A stretch of 64,000 bases of DNA from assembly GCF_009914755.1 (NCBI RefSeq), contig NC_060934.1, one strand, 5' to 3'. Below the pieces are notes generated by a model. It was not told the origin of the DNA. It saw only the letters and a program-made list of their open reading frames with translations, and ran no database searches. Origin of the DNA: the human T2T-CHM13v2.0 reference genome, Homo sapiens. The first letter of the stretch is position 1. Each line of letters opens with the position of its first letter. The position numbers and the translations under genes were made by a program. Below are positions 24,428-37,808 of the stretch, piece after piece.

Positions 24428-27400
24428 AAATCTCTTAATTTCATTCCTCTGCAAAAAAAAAAAAAAAAAAAAAAATCGCCTGCTGTGAGATGGTGTTTGC
24501 TGTTGTGGGCCCTTTTGTTACCAGTTTCTCTCTATGGGTCTGTGGGTCCCAATGTTCCATCCTAGACAAGCAGCATCCACTCTGCTGTGGATGTGGTCTT
24601 GGCCCTTCCCCTGGGGTAAGCAGACCTGGATACATGAAGGTGCAGGCACAGCTGGACACAGTGGGGAGGGGCAGAGGGATCCAAGGAAAAGGAGGTATGG
24701 AAGAGGCATAAAGGAAGTCACCAACTGGGCCTCCACCAGGGGCCAATGAACCCAAATAGCCCTGCCTGAGCCCAACGCCTCTGAAGGAGCTGAGGTCTGC
24801 AAAAGTACGCTTGCCAGACCAGCCTCAAAGGCAGCTACTATCAACAGAAATACACAGATAGGACGCTGAGTGCTGAGGGACCTCAGGAGAGACAGACAGG
24901 TAGCCAGGGGCACCGATTAGTGTGTGTGTCTGAGCAAGCCACTCAGAGGAGCATTACTGAGACCACACTGGGAACTCTACTCTGCAGAGATGTGCGAGGG
25001 GCCTCCCCACATCTTCTGCATGAAGGAGCAGGATGCTGCAGCACTGACCCACAGCTCTCGCCCACCAGGTGGAAAGTTTGTTCCAGGGCTGTCAGCTCCC
25101 TGGCACATGCATGTCCCACGTGTGGGCCTACTGTTGCCAAAATCAGAGGAACACCCAGGGACAGTGGCGCACAACATCAAGGCATCTGCTGTGGTCACCA
25201 AGCTCCCAAGCTTGGCCTCTAACAGCTTGCATATTGGGCGTGGCAGCTGTGTGTCAGTCGGGAGCAATGTTCATCCCTGGGGGCCCTCAGGCCATCTGCT
25301 GGTTTGCTGGGAGGGCAGCTTCAGGGCCCAAGACAGCCATGCCCCAGCCAGGGCTCACATTGCCACTTCCACATTCAGTGCCCACAGCTGGTCTCCCACT
25401 TGGCCCAGGGTCTAACAGAGCCAACTGCCCCTCGTCTCAAAGGACGGGGCAATACCAGCAATATAGGGAGACATGTTTGTTACAAACATTCAAACCAAAC
25501 AGAAACACACCAAGAGCATTTAGCCCTTTTCCTAATTCCTCTCCCCATCTCAATCCATTGGTAACTTTGGAGTACATCTCCAAACAGACAACACTCTGCA
25601 ATTTAAATCTGTATAGTTACAGAAACATATACATTGTTTGCTTTTATGAACAACAGTCAAACTCCTGGTATATCATCAAATCCAGGACTACCATTGTCAA
25701 AATCACTTTATGCTCTGCTAAGAAAGCAAAAATACTGCCATTTATTCCTGTAAGATCCCACCAATTTTGTGATAATCCTGATGTTAGGGAGGTTAATATG
25801 TGAAAGTACTGTGTCTTAGAAGTGACTAAATCTGCCACATATGGGCAGTTTTGCAGATGGCCCTCTTTGGTCAACATTCTGCCTGGACATGTCAGCACGT
25901 ACACAGCTTCCTACTTCTGTTTAATGGCTGCTTGGCATTCCACAGTATAAACATAACAAAGTCTGGAGAGTCACCTCCACCTCCCCAGTGACAGACATTA
26001 ACTTCTTTCCACATGCTGCAATTCTATAATTCAACTGTATAATGAATACTCCTGCATGTGTGTATGTTTGCTAACGTGCAAACTAGTTCTATGGGAGAAT
26101 TCCCTAGAAGTGAAGTTTCTAGGTCAAAGGGCACATTTTAAATTTAAGTAGAAACCACCAAATTGTCACCTCCAAAGGACCTTCCCGGGCACCAACTCAC
26201 CAATAGGGCATGATGGCGCTGTCTCCCTAGAAGTCACTCACCCGGGACGTTGCACACCTGAGAGGCAAAAAAAAAAAAAAAAAAAAAAAATCAGACTTCA
26301 TGTTAATTTGCATGTCCCAGAGTTCTATTGGGCTGAGCATGTTTTCACAAGTGGGTTGTGTTTCATCAGTGAAGCATCATTCATAGTTTCATCCATTTTC
26401 CTCATTGCACCAACTGAGTTTTCCTCGTTGGTTTATTGTCAATCTTTTTTTATTATTATTATTTTGTTTGTTTATTGTCAATCTTTTGAAAACACGGGTA
26501 CTAACCCTTTGTCTTTCCTATTATAACTATGCCCCTTCTGTTCCTTTATCAGAGTGTCTCTGAAGCCTGTTTAATGCACTTTCCAGGAAGCAGCACATGT
26601 GATGCCTCGACACCTGTCACCCAGCACATTGTGGCAACATACTAGTCTCATCTCAAATAAGACTCTGGGCTTCTTCCAGGAATCAGACGAAGTTTCAAGA
26701 AACACTTCACAGGATCAGGTTCCCCTCCAGAATTCTAGGCTAAAGGAGCCCGTCTGTGCCTTAGAAACCAAGACCTGTTTCCCTCTTGCATATGGACCAG
26801 CAGCCTTTGCTATAAGCACTCAGCGGCCCCAGCGGAGGCTGGACCGAGGTGTGAGCTTCACATTTGGCTCTGCTCTGGATGCTGAGGTTACATGACAGTG
26901 CCCTCCTTCTGAAAGTAACACACCCCCACTCTGTCCATGGTAATATTATCAGCCAGCAATTTTGTTTCCAAATAAACTGAAAAGCCCCATGGATGAAAGT
27001 GATGTCATCCTGATGGTGCCTGCATTGCCACCTACAGGAGTGTCTGCCAATGACCGTGCACCTGGAGGTTTGTGTCACTGAGCGGCCAGCATGTGGCTGA
27101 GGTATTAGGCTGCCGCTCCTTTCCCAACCACTGAATCCTGTCCAAGGTTGCCTAGGGCATCCCGCCCTCACTGATAACCCTTTCCTGAGCAAAACCTCCC
27201 TCAAGGATGCAAACAGATGCCATTCAGAACAGAGGCCAACAAACGCAACACCAGTTCTTTGGGGCCCTTGTGTGGTGAGCACTAATGCTTGTGATTAAAG
27301 AGGATATCTGAATGAGCATGGAAAATCCCAGTGCTTTCTCAGTAATCACTATTAAGATGAAAGCATAATGAGCACATTATAACAACTAGCCCAGAACAAC

Positions 27401-27755
27401 TATGATAGTAACAATCAACATATTCACTTCGTTTCTCTTTTCTTATTTTCAAAATATGTATTTCAGGTTTATAAAGTGAGCCATATACACAGATAGTTCT
27501 CGTTCCATGAGCACCTATGTGCTGGGCCCTTTATATGGGTATTATCTGCACAATATCCCCTCAAGGGCTGAGAAACAGAAGCTTCCGGAGGATATGAAAC
27601 TAGACCAAAGTTAGGTTGGAGGTAGCAGAAGAGACAGAATTCCAACCCAGAACACCCCTATGCTGCTGTGGCCCCTCTAAATTCAGCCACTCTGCATACC
27701 TTGCCCTTTGAGCTGTTATTAAACAACAGTGTGGCACGTTAAAAATACTTGAGAA

Positions 27756-28036
27756 GGCCAGGCACGGTGGCTCACGCCTGTAATCCCAGAACTTTGGAAG
27801 GCAGAGCTGGGCAGGTCAGGAGTTCGAGACCAGACTGGGAAACACGGCAAAACCTTGTCTCTACTAAAAATACAAAAATTAACTGGGCATGGTTGCAAGA
27901 GCTTCTAATCCCAGCTACTCTGGAGACTGAGGCATGAGAATTGCTTGAACCTGGGAGGCAGAGGTTGCAGTGAGTGGAGACCGCACCACTGCACTCCAGC
28001 CTGAGAGGCAGAGTGAGACTGTTTCCAAGAGAAAAA
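27756..28036 (+). mobile_element. Alu SINE with a small left-arm deletion and eroded tail
   Basis: GGCCAGGCACGGTGGCTCACGCC start, central A-rich linker. Confidence 0.92.
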
Positions 28037-29760
28037 TCACCGCGTAATTGATTTAAATGTGCAGGTGGGTTTAATACAACTCCAAAGATGCAGAATTCCT
28101 AGTTTAATATAACTTTCCTCAGCATGAGAATCATGTTGATCCTCCTCCTCTCCAGACACCAAGTGAGCTGATACTCTGGAGACAGAGCATGATCGCTTGG
28201 TGTGATGGAGCCACGGAGTTTTGTAGTGCAAGAAAAAGGGCTGCAGGTGATTGTTCCAGTTAAAGGGACCCCAGTCCCACCCCACTGTCAGGAGTCTGTT
28301 TTGTGTGGTTCTTGCTAGAAGAGGTCAGTAATACCCTCTCAGTGCTGTGGTCACTTGTCTTAGGAAAGCTTACACATGTAGCCAGTATGCATTCAAAACG
28401 AATCAGCACAAAACTGCCACGTACCCATCCACCTGTTAAGGAAAAGGCTCAGCACTGGGGAAGCTCTGAGGACACATAAATATGTTGGAGGACACCCACT
28501 CCCTGCCCCCAAGGAGGTCAGCACTGCCCATGGGATATACACATCCTCTACGTTTCTATTCTGTTGATAGCCAATATCTTGCATTTTGTAATTATAAACA
28601 GAACCTTGATTTTTAATAGTTTTACCACCTATATTTGCATCTCTAAACAGCAGTTTATTTTTGCCTATTTTTGAGCATTTTATAAATGAAGTTAACTTTA
28701 TGTATTAAGGCTCAGGTTTTGAACGTACAAACTGTACCACACTGATTCAAATAGACATAGTTCATGTTGTGTTTACTAATATTTCAAGTAAAATAATGTA
28801 ATTACAGGTATAATGTTTCTTCAAATCATGCAGCTCTCAGTAGAGTCTATTTATAGCAAAGATGCTTCACATTTGAAACCAACAGTGACTGGCAAATAGA
28901 ATCCACCAGAAACCTGGGCACTCAAAATGTAACAGGCATGCAATCCATTGCAAGCCTGGTTAGGGAGGGGCTGTATCGCCTAGCATTACTCCCTAAAAAG
29001 TGGCCTCAAAACCTCAATGATAGGCAACAGGGGCCCACTTTGGGCATCTTCGCAGCCGTTGTCATAAAAAGTTTACATTCAGAAACTGGTCTCACCACTT
29101 CACTGCTCTCGCCGCAAGCACAGAGCACCATTATCTCCAGCAATTCCCAAGACCCTCACTCGCCCTGCACCTTACATTTCTTTGGCTCTGTATGGCAGTC
29201 ACAGCTCTAAAGCTTCTAGTTGCAGAAGTTACTCCAGTGGGAATACTCCAAGTATGCCTCGTCCTCGCTTGCCTTGGCTTCTGCATAAGGTTAGTAAGAA
29301 GCAAAGCATGGCCAGGACTCCAGGGAAATGAATGGACGAAGACCAAGAAAGCCAGATGGCATAACCAGATAGCAAAACCAAGACATCATGGGCCACTTTG
29401 ATGCTCAAGCCACCACCCACTGTCATTAACCGGGACAGGGAGGGGGTGGTGTGTTTTATGAATGGACTTGGTGCCTTCCATAATTCCCTCATCCTCAGAA
29501 TCATGAACCGAGACACATACTTTGGGTTCTCCTTTCTGGGATGAGAGACGTGCAGATCTGTGTGGTCCAAGTTTGAATACTAGGGCCATCCTGCCTCTTT
29601 AGAATTCTGGGACGACCTCTCTTGCCAGATGCTGTTCCTCTGCCCTAATGGAATGTGGCGTCACAGTGCAGGGCTGAGGTCAGATCCACTCTTCTTAGTG
29701 GACACGACCTTCAGTTTTATAGAGCAAGAGGGTCTCATCTTAGAATATGTCTTTAAGTGA

Positions 29761-30083
<323 letters not shown>

Positions 30084-30704
30084 TAAATGAATGATTTTAA
30101 ACCATATCCCTTTTCAAGTCACAGCAGTGCAACGCCTTAAAATCCAAGGCCCGTTTCCCTCTTGCTTTGATTGGTGGGCACAACCCTTAGTTCTTAGGAA
30201 CCCAGGGGAACAGAGGTTGGGAAGAGAACTGCCGTGAGAAACCCAAATTGTTTAGGTGGCATCTGGGGTCAGCTAGACATTGACGAGGCAGCTCTGTGAT
30301 GCTGGCTGGGCTTATTCACATTCACGTCTGGGGATTGGCTGGTAGTTGGGTAACCCCAACTAGCCTGGGCTGGGGGGCCGGGGTAGCTCAGCGGTCTTCC
30401 ATATGGCTGTCGTCTTCCAACAGGCTCGTGTGGGTGAAGGCAGGCACAGACGGTGCACACACATGGCCCATTGCTTCCCCGACCAACCTGGAATCCAAAG
30501 GAAGAGGCAGGCGAGCAAAGCGGGCTGTACAGAGGAGGGGGCAGAGGTGCTTCTGAGAGGGGTATCGGACGGTGCTCAGGGAGCCTCAGGGGCCACCTAG
30601 CGTTGTGTTACCTCCAAAGCAGTGCTTTCTCGGAGTAACAGAGGGCGGGCCCAGAGCCAAATAGCTGGATTCTGAAACACAAAGAGCTACCACGAGACTA
30701 GTTT

Positions 30705-31082
30705 TTATTACACTAAAAATTCTTCATTAAGTTTTTATCATTGCCAACCTAAATCTATATAAACATATAATATATTTTATGTATATATTATTTTTACTTA
30801 AATATGTATGTATATATTTATAACATTTTATATACATATTTGTGTATAAATTTTCATAGATAATATTTATATATTTATATAGAACTTAGGTTGCCAATGA
30901 TGAAAACCTAGTGAATAATATTTAGTATATTTATATATTTTATATAGTTATGAATATATAATATACTTAAGTTATATACATTACATTAAATATATTTAAT
31001 TTATATTATACACAATATATTAGATTATATCTATAGTTATCATATTTATATATAAATACATACGCTTATATATAAATATAGG
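30705..31082. repeat. AT-rich low-complexity tract containing an inverted repeat
   Basis: TA-rich sequence; arms 30710-30770 and 30867-30928 are near reverse complements. Confidence 0.85.
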
Positions 31083-31529
31083 TAACTTTTCCCCTAAGTT
31101 GCTCCTATAGTTGTTTTTGGCTCTAGGGGACATGGAAGCAAGCAGGCAGATGAGGGGCCCAGGAATAAGTGACTCACTTCAGCACAAGCTGCATCTCCCG
31201 AGCCAGGGTGGAAATTTAGGAATTTGCTGATACACAGTCATGCCCCTCCTCCCTCCCAACATCAAAATTGACAGTGCTGCCTGGCCTGACCCGCCTCCCC
31301 TTGCTCATATCAGCCTGGCCTGGATCTGAGACCCCTGCCCAAGAGGGGCCTTGGATATAATTGCACTTCTCCTTTTCCAGACCCCACACAAGAAATAAGA
31401 AAAGCCTGGAGTCGTGTCCAGTCCTGACTGCTCCTTTCCCAGAGTTCTAGGCCTCTCGAAGGCTGAGGCCACGCTGGGATAAGAGGAAGACGGCACCGCT
31501 TGGAGACCTTCTGAGAATGGGGGCCAGGC

Positions 31530-31700
31530 TACACAATCCACCCGAGTTTTCTTCTTTTGTCCTCACAACCCTACGAGGCAAGAAATTGCCATCTTCACTC
31601 TCCCAGCTAGGGAAACTGAGGCTCAGAAAGGCCAAGCAATGGGCCCAAGTCATGCAGCGAGCAAGGGGCAGGGCTGGGATTGGAAGCCAGGCCTCTCAGC
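31530..31700. mobile_element. MIR SINE fragment
   Basis: CCTCACAACCCTACGAGG...GGAAACTGAGGCTCAGAAAGG...CCCAAGTCATGCAGC MIR core. Confidence 0.7.
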
Positions 31701-31870
31701 TTCCAACGTCCTGGGGCTGGGAGCCGGTGGGGGTTCCAGGGCCCGGGAAGACCCCAAAGCCCAAAGTGAAATGCACCCTCTGCTCATGACCCGTTATATT
31801 GCAAGGGCTGCTAATTTCAATGTGATATGTCCTAGGAGGCATATATGTTAAATCACTCATTTCTCTAGAT

Positions 31871-32427
<557 letters not shown>

Positions 32428-32582
32428 ACCTGGATTAAAATCCACAGAACCTCTTCTATGCAGGGATGTGCTTCCCTATGTCCTGGCCATGCCTGGTCCC
32501 AGCACCACCTGTTTTAGCCAGACCTGTGTCTGGGCAAAGCTCAGCAAAGTTCTGCGATCTGATGTCATTTAAAGACACTGTT

Positions 32583-32880
<298 letters not shown>

Positions 32881-33082
32881 TAAAAGACAGTGTTAATATG
32901 GTATCAGATTGTGGCTGCCACATCACACATATTCTTTTCTCCTGCAGAGGCCATATTCAGTTTGGATAACCCTGAAATTTGGTTACTCGACTCTTAGTTA
33001 AATAATGTTTCTTTGCATTGTTGGTGGTTTGGGTAGTTTTCAATATGTGGGCTCGATGAAGACATAGACATATTATTCAGGA

Positions 33083-33400
33083 TTTTTATTTTTCTTTTTT
33101 GAGACAGGGTCTTGCTCTGTTGACCAAGCTGGAGTGCAGTGATACAATCATAGCTCACTGCAGCCTTGAACTCCTGAGCTCAAGCAGTCCTCCCACATCA
33201 GCCTCCCAAGTAGCTGGGACTACAGGTATGTGCCACAATGCCCGCTAATTTTTTCTTTTCTTTTTTCTTTTTTTTTTTTTTTTGTAGAGATGGGGTCTCG
33301 CTATGTTGCCCAGGCTGATCTTGAACTCCTGGCCTCAAGCGATCCTCCAGCCTTGGCCTCCCAATGTGCTGGGATTACAGGTGTGAGCCACTGCCCCTGG
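33083..33400 (-). mobile_element. Alu SINE (AluJ-like) with expanded T-rich middle linker
   Basis: GAGACAGGGTCTTGCTC..., ATCATAGCTCACTGCAGCC signature. Confidence 0.92.
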
Positions 33401-33539
33401 TTATTCAGGCCTGTTACGTTCCAGATTCTTCCTTCACTTCCATAGAGAAATCCCTAGTGATAAAGAATTTATGAGCCAAGGGAAATATCTTGGAGTTTTA
33501 GGCATCTAATAAATATATTCATCTTCTGATGATGATGAT

Positions 33540-33765
33540 AATTAGCATGTATTGATGCTTACCAAGCTCTGGGTAAAATGCTAAGTGTTTTACACATATT
33601 GTCTCATTTAATCTTCTCAACAATGCTATGTGCTCAGGTACTGAACAGCCTCATTTTACAGATGGGAAACTAGCAAAGTTGAAAGACTGTCCACGTTCAC
33701 ACAGCAGCAAATTAGACAAGCTGGAATTTGCACCTGTGCATTTGACTCCGAAGTCTGAACTCTCT
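33540..33765. mobile_element. MIR SINE
   Basis: TCTCATTTAATCTTCTCAACAA...CATTTTACAGATGGGAAACT MIR core. Confidence 0.75.
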
Positions 33766-35214
33766 CTAGGAATTTACACTCTGCAAGGGTGTGGAACACA
33801 TACCAGACATCACATAAACTTTACAAATGATAAAGGAGCACCTGCCCTAACCCCAAGCAGACAGACAACAAGGGCCAGGATGGATTTTAGAACACTCTGA
33901 CCTGTGAGAGAGGCGGACAGGCCTGCACCAGCTGTATTTCTGTAGTGACATACACAGGTGTATCACGCAGGGAGCCTGTCCAGTCACGGAGCCCTGGGAC
34001 TGTACCATCAACACAGTTTTTGTTTGTTTGTTCTTCAGGTGACATCGAGAGCTCCCCCTGGGAGGTGGGGTTGGGGATGCTCCTTAGGAACCTCACTGGA
34101 AAGATGAGTCAAGCAGGTATCCAAGTCCAATTACCCGGCTCAGGGCTTGACATCACAGATGTGGGACTTGCCTGAGATGGGGCTGATGAGCAGGAAGCTG
34201 ATTGGGGCCCTTGCAGGGCAACACACAACAAACCAATCAAACCTCCTTCCTGAAATCACTGTGCGCGCTGTGGGGGTGGCAGCGGGGGAGGGGGGGCGTG
34301 GCTTCCTGCCAATACATCATGGATATTATTTGTTCCCTCATGAAGAGCAATAGCAATGAAATCCACATTTCCAAATTATGGAGTGCTGTGTGCCTACGTG
34401 GCACTCAATGCCAGTAATACCAGGATGGGGGTTTGGTGACTGTGTCCTGGAGATGCCTTGGGGGTCTGGGAGCACCTGGACAGCACAGAAATCAGTTTCT
34501 CCAGCTGTAACCAGAGTGCCAGGAGATTCCTGCAGTTCATCTAGAGGACTTTTCCAGGAAACCCAGCAAACAGTAGGATCTCAGCCACACGAAATCATTT
34601 AGTTAAGTAGCTACAGTTTACTTTATGGAGTCGCCGTTTGCCATGTTAATTCTTGATGACAGCCCAGGATGTGGGCTGCAGACTGAACCCACTTCCTTCA
34701 CCAGACTGACCACCGAGCACGGCTCTCCCTCCCTCCTCAGCCTCTCAAGATGGTAGATGCACCCACCTGCAAACTTTTCTCTCCGACAGAAAGGCCTCTT
34801 CTTCAGGACTAACTGACCTACCGCAGGCTACTGCCCCTGGAACTTGCCAGCAAATTCACTCCCGGGATCCATGTCAAATCAGGGTTGCCAGAGGAAAGTC
34901 AGGGCATGTATTTTCATCTGCTGACTTGGGGCAGCCCTGGGTCAAATCCCCATCCCTCAACTCAGCACCTCTGTTGCAACAAAGCAGGCACAGCTGCGGT
35001 TGCAGGTAGTTCTCGAGATACAGCAGGCCATTCCTGCAGGACTAAAAGCAGCTGCGATGACTTATTGGCCAAGAGAGAAAATGACCATCCAGCCAAGTCC
35101 TTGTAGAAATGAAAATGGAACGTAATGAACCAGTCTCTCTTACACTGGCCTGTCTGCCCCACCCACACTTAGTTTCTTTCCCCACTCTCCCTATAATAAA
35201 AATACCATGGGTTT

Positions 35215-37742
35215 TAAGACCATTTCATCACATACTTTATTGGACATCTCCTGTGGCTGGTCACTGGGATAGAGTAACCAGGAAATGCAGTCGGCCCTCA
35301 TGAATGAACAAAACTTACAACCCCAGGAGGGGAGCCAGAAACTCAATTAGTGGCTTAGTTTCCACAACACTACGTGCTACAAAGAGGTACAGAACAATTC
35401 CAGGCAAACTAAGAACCTGCCCCAGCCTGGAGGACAGGCATGGGGGTGAGGGAACCCACAGGCAAGAAGCCTCCCTTAAGCTGAGCTCAGGACTGGATGA
35501 AATGATCTTGGTGGGGCAGGAGGGAAAGTTCCAGGCAGGGAAAACAGCAGGGAGTGTGTGGTGGTTGGAGGTGCCTGCCTAAGGGAGGCAGGAGATGGTA
35601 GGTACAGAGTTAGTGTAAGAAAGCCCAAGAGAGGCTGGGGGACCAGATCCCACAGGCCCTGGGAGGCGAAAAAGTAAAAACAGCTTGTATTTAATGGGAA
35701 TGTCCTATTACATGGAAATTCACTTGGAAACTGAAGCTCAGAGAAGTTACCATACCATGGTGGAAATGGGTGGGTATTTGTTCTCAAATCCAGTCAGCCT
35801 AGGGGAATGGGCAGTATTTGTCAGATCTCTCCCTCCCCCAGTACCAAGGAGGGTTGTGTAGAAGTGGTGTTCATCTATTAAACACGGGGGTAGCCCTTAA
35901 ATGAACATTTTTAACCCATCATCAACAGCCCTGTAAAATGAAAACCACCCTTAGCGTGCTCTTGAAATACTGTACTTACCAGGGTGAGAAAAGGTGCTGA
36001 CATACTTCAGCAAGATTTCTGGTTAGAGCTGAACTCTAAAGGATTTTTCTACTAAACAGAATATTCCACTCCACAGGCATATGGCTGGATGAAATTTTTC
36101 TATGTGAGGTTCATAATTACTACTAAGTCTAAAGTGTTAGAACAACTTGATCATAGCAACATTCCTACTGAAAGTTTTGAGGTTGGCCTACGTAGAAGGA
36201 AGCATTTATGCCTCACACCTTCCAAAGTGCCTCTGCTAAGAGCCACTCTTCCTTGAACACCCTCCCCTGTTCTGCCCTGGTGCAATCCCTGTACCCTTTG
36301 CAGCCCTGTGAAGCCCTCAGATGTCCCCTCCCTGCCCCTTTCTATTCCCTCCCTCAAGCAGAATGTCATTCTCCCTTACGATCATGGATGACGCTGTGAG
36401 AACCCTATCATGGCAGCCAATATAGTACAAGTCAGTACCGCTGATTTCTGCATTCATTCAGCAAGTATTTATGATGTCACCTGGCTCCCCGCCAGACACT
36501 GGGGAAACAAACGTGGAGACGGGGCACTGCCCGCACAGGGCACATTTTGGGGGACAGCTACCCTGTCTGGTGCACCATCCTCACCTGCACCTGGCAAGGT
36601 GGGTGAATGGGGAGGAATCCAGACAGGTGACCTGGGGGATGGCGGGCTATTCTCTGATTTGGGGAACACAGAGAGGACAGGGGGCAAAGTGGAAAGTAAA
36701 TGAAGATGAACGAGTTATATCTACAAGTCTGAAGCTGGAGAAAGATGTCTGGGCTTCAAAGGAGATTTCGGAGGCAGCGGCTCACAAGGAAGCGATCCTG
36801 AAATCGTGGCTGAAGGTGCTGAGTGCTCAGTCTCTCCAAGGATGATGATGCTTTACAGAGTACTGGTGTCACTTCCTGTACTGGGTGGCATCGGGCTGCC
36901 AGATAGAGTCAGAAAGAAAACAGGCGGGAGCAGAGCCAGTAAACTTCCGAAGCTTTCAATGACAGGAAAGCTGGAGATTAGGAGCCAGTTTGAGGTCGTG
37001 ATGGCCCACAGCCTGGGACCCTGAGATTCCGCGGGTGGAGAATGTCTCAGGTGAGAGCAACCCTAGTTAGAAAAGTATTCCCAAGAGACCAAGGCAAGCC
37101 ACGAGTCACTCCTTACAGAAAGTCACTCTTGGTCCCTAAAGATGTGCTCACGAGTCATTCTCCAAAGCACAAAACTTTATTTTCAGAAAGGAAAGGACAT
37201 CAAAAATAGGACTGTCCTGTGCAGATGTCCAATAGCCTTAATTTGGGGACCAAATGCCCCCGGCCATTGGAAAGACAGATCTTGTAAGCTCCATTCATCC
37301 GTGCGCTCATCCATTCATTCGTGTTTACCGAGTGCCTGCTCAGTGTTGGGACAGACGAGGATAGTTGTTCCTGCCACCGTGCCCTGGAGGACATAGGCAA
37401 ACAAACGACGACACAGTGTGGCAAGTGTCACAGTTAAGGCTGCTGTAGGGTGGCTGTGGGTGGTGACAGACCTCAAGGCTTCATTCTGCAAAGCTGAGGG
37501 CAAACCTTGGCCCAGACTCCTTCACAAAGCCCCCGGTGTTCAACTATTCTCAGTCCAGGAGCCCAGCAGTGCTCCCAGTGGAGTTTATGAAGCCGATTCA
37601 GACCCAGCAAATCCAAAGTTTTCTTCCCTTAAGCAGACTGACAGCCTTACTTACAGAATTCACTTGTAATTTATGACAAAAACTGCACTAGAACTTATCA
37701 CAAAACTAACTTTATTATATTTTTCCCAGTTCGATTTTTCTG
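35215..37742 (-). other. MKI67: MKI67 3'UTR (end approximate)
   Basis: Follows TGA at 37745-37743; AATAAA on the minus strand at 37711-37716, 37176-37181 and 35236-35241. Confidence 0.8.
35236..35241 (-). terminator. Distal poly(A) signal AATAAA of MKI67
   Basis: TTTATT on the + strand, ~2.5 kb past the stop, followed on the minus strand by a U-rich stretch. Confidence 0.75.
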
Positions 37743-37808
37743 TCAAATATCTTCACTGTCCCTATGACTTCTGGTTCTTATTTTCTTGACACACACATTG
37801 TCCTCAGC
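37743..37808 (-). CDS. MKI67: MKI67 exon 15 coding part, AEDNVCVKKIRTRSHRDSEDI-stop
   Basis: cacag| acceptor, 66 nt to TGA; with a 92-nt coding exon 2 outside the window the exon lengths sum to 9771 nt (3256 aa), the known Ki-67 length. Confidence 0.95.
   Translation of the reverse strand, partial: AEDNVCVKKIRTRSHRDSEDI

Noticed and set aside
24920-25803. Overlapping 100-244 aa ORFs downstream of the PTPRE 3' end
   Set aside because: No recognisable domains or exon structure; consistent with chance ORFs in moderately GC-rich DNA.
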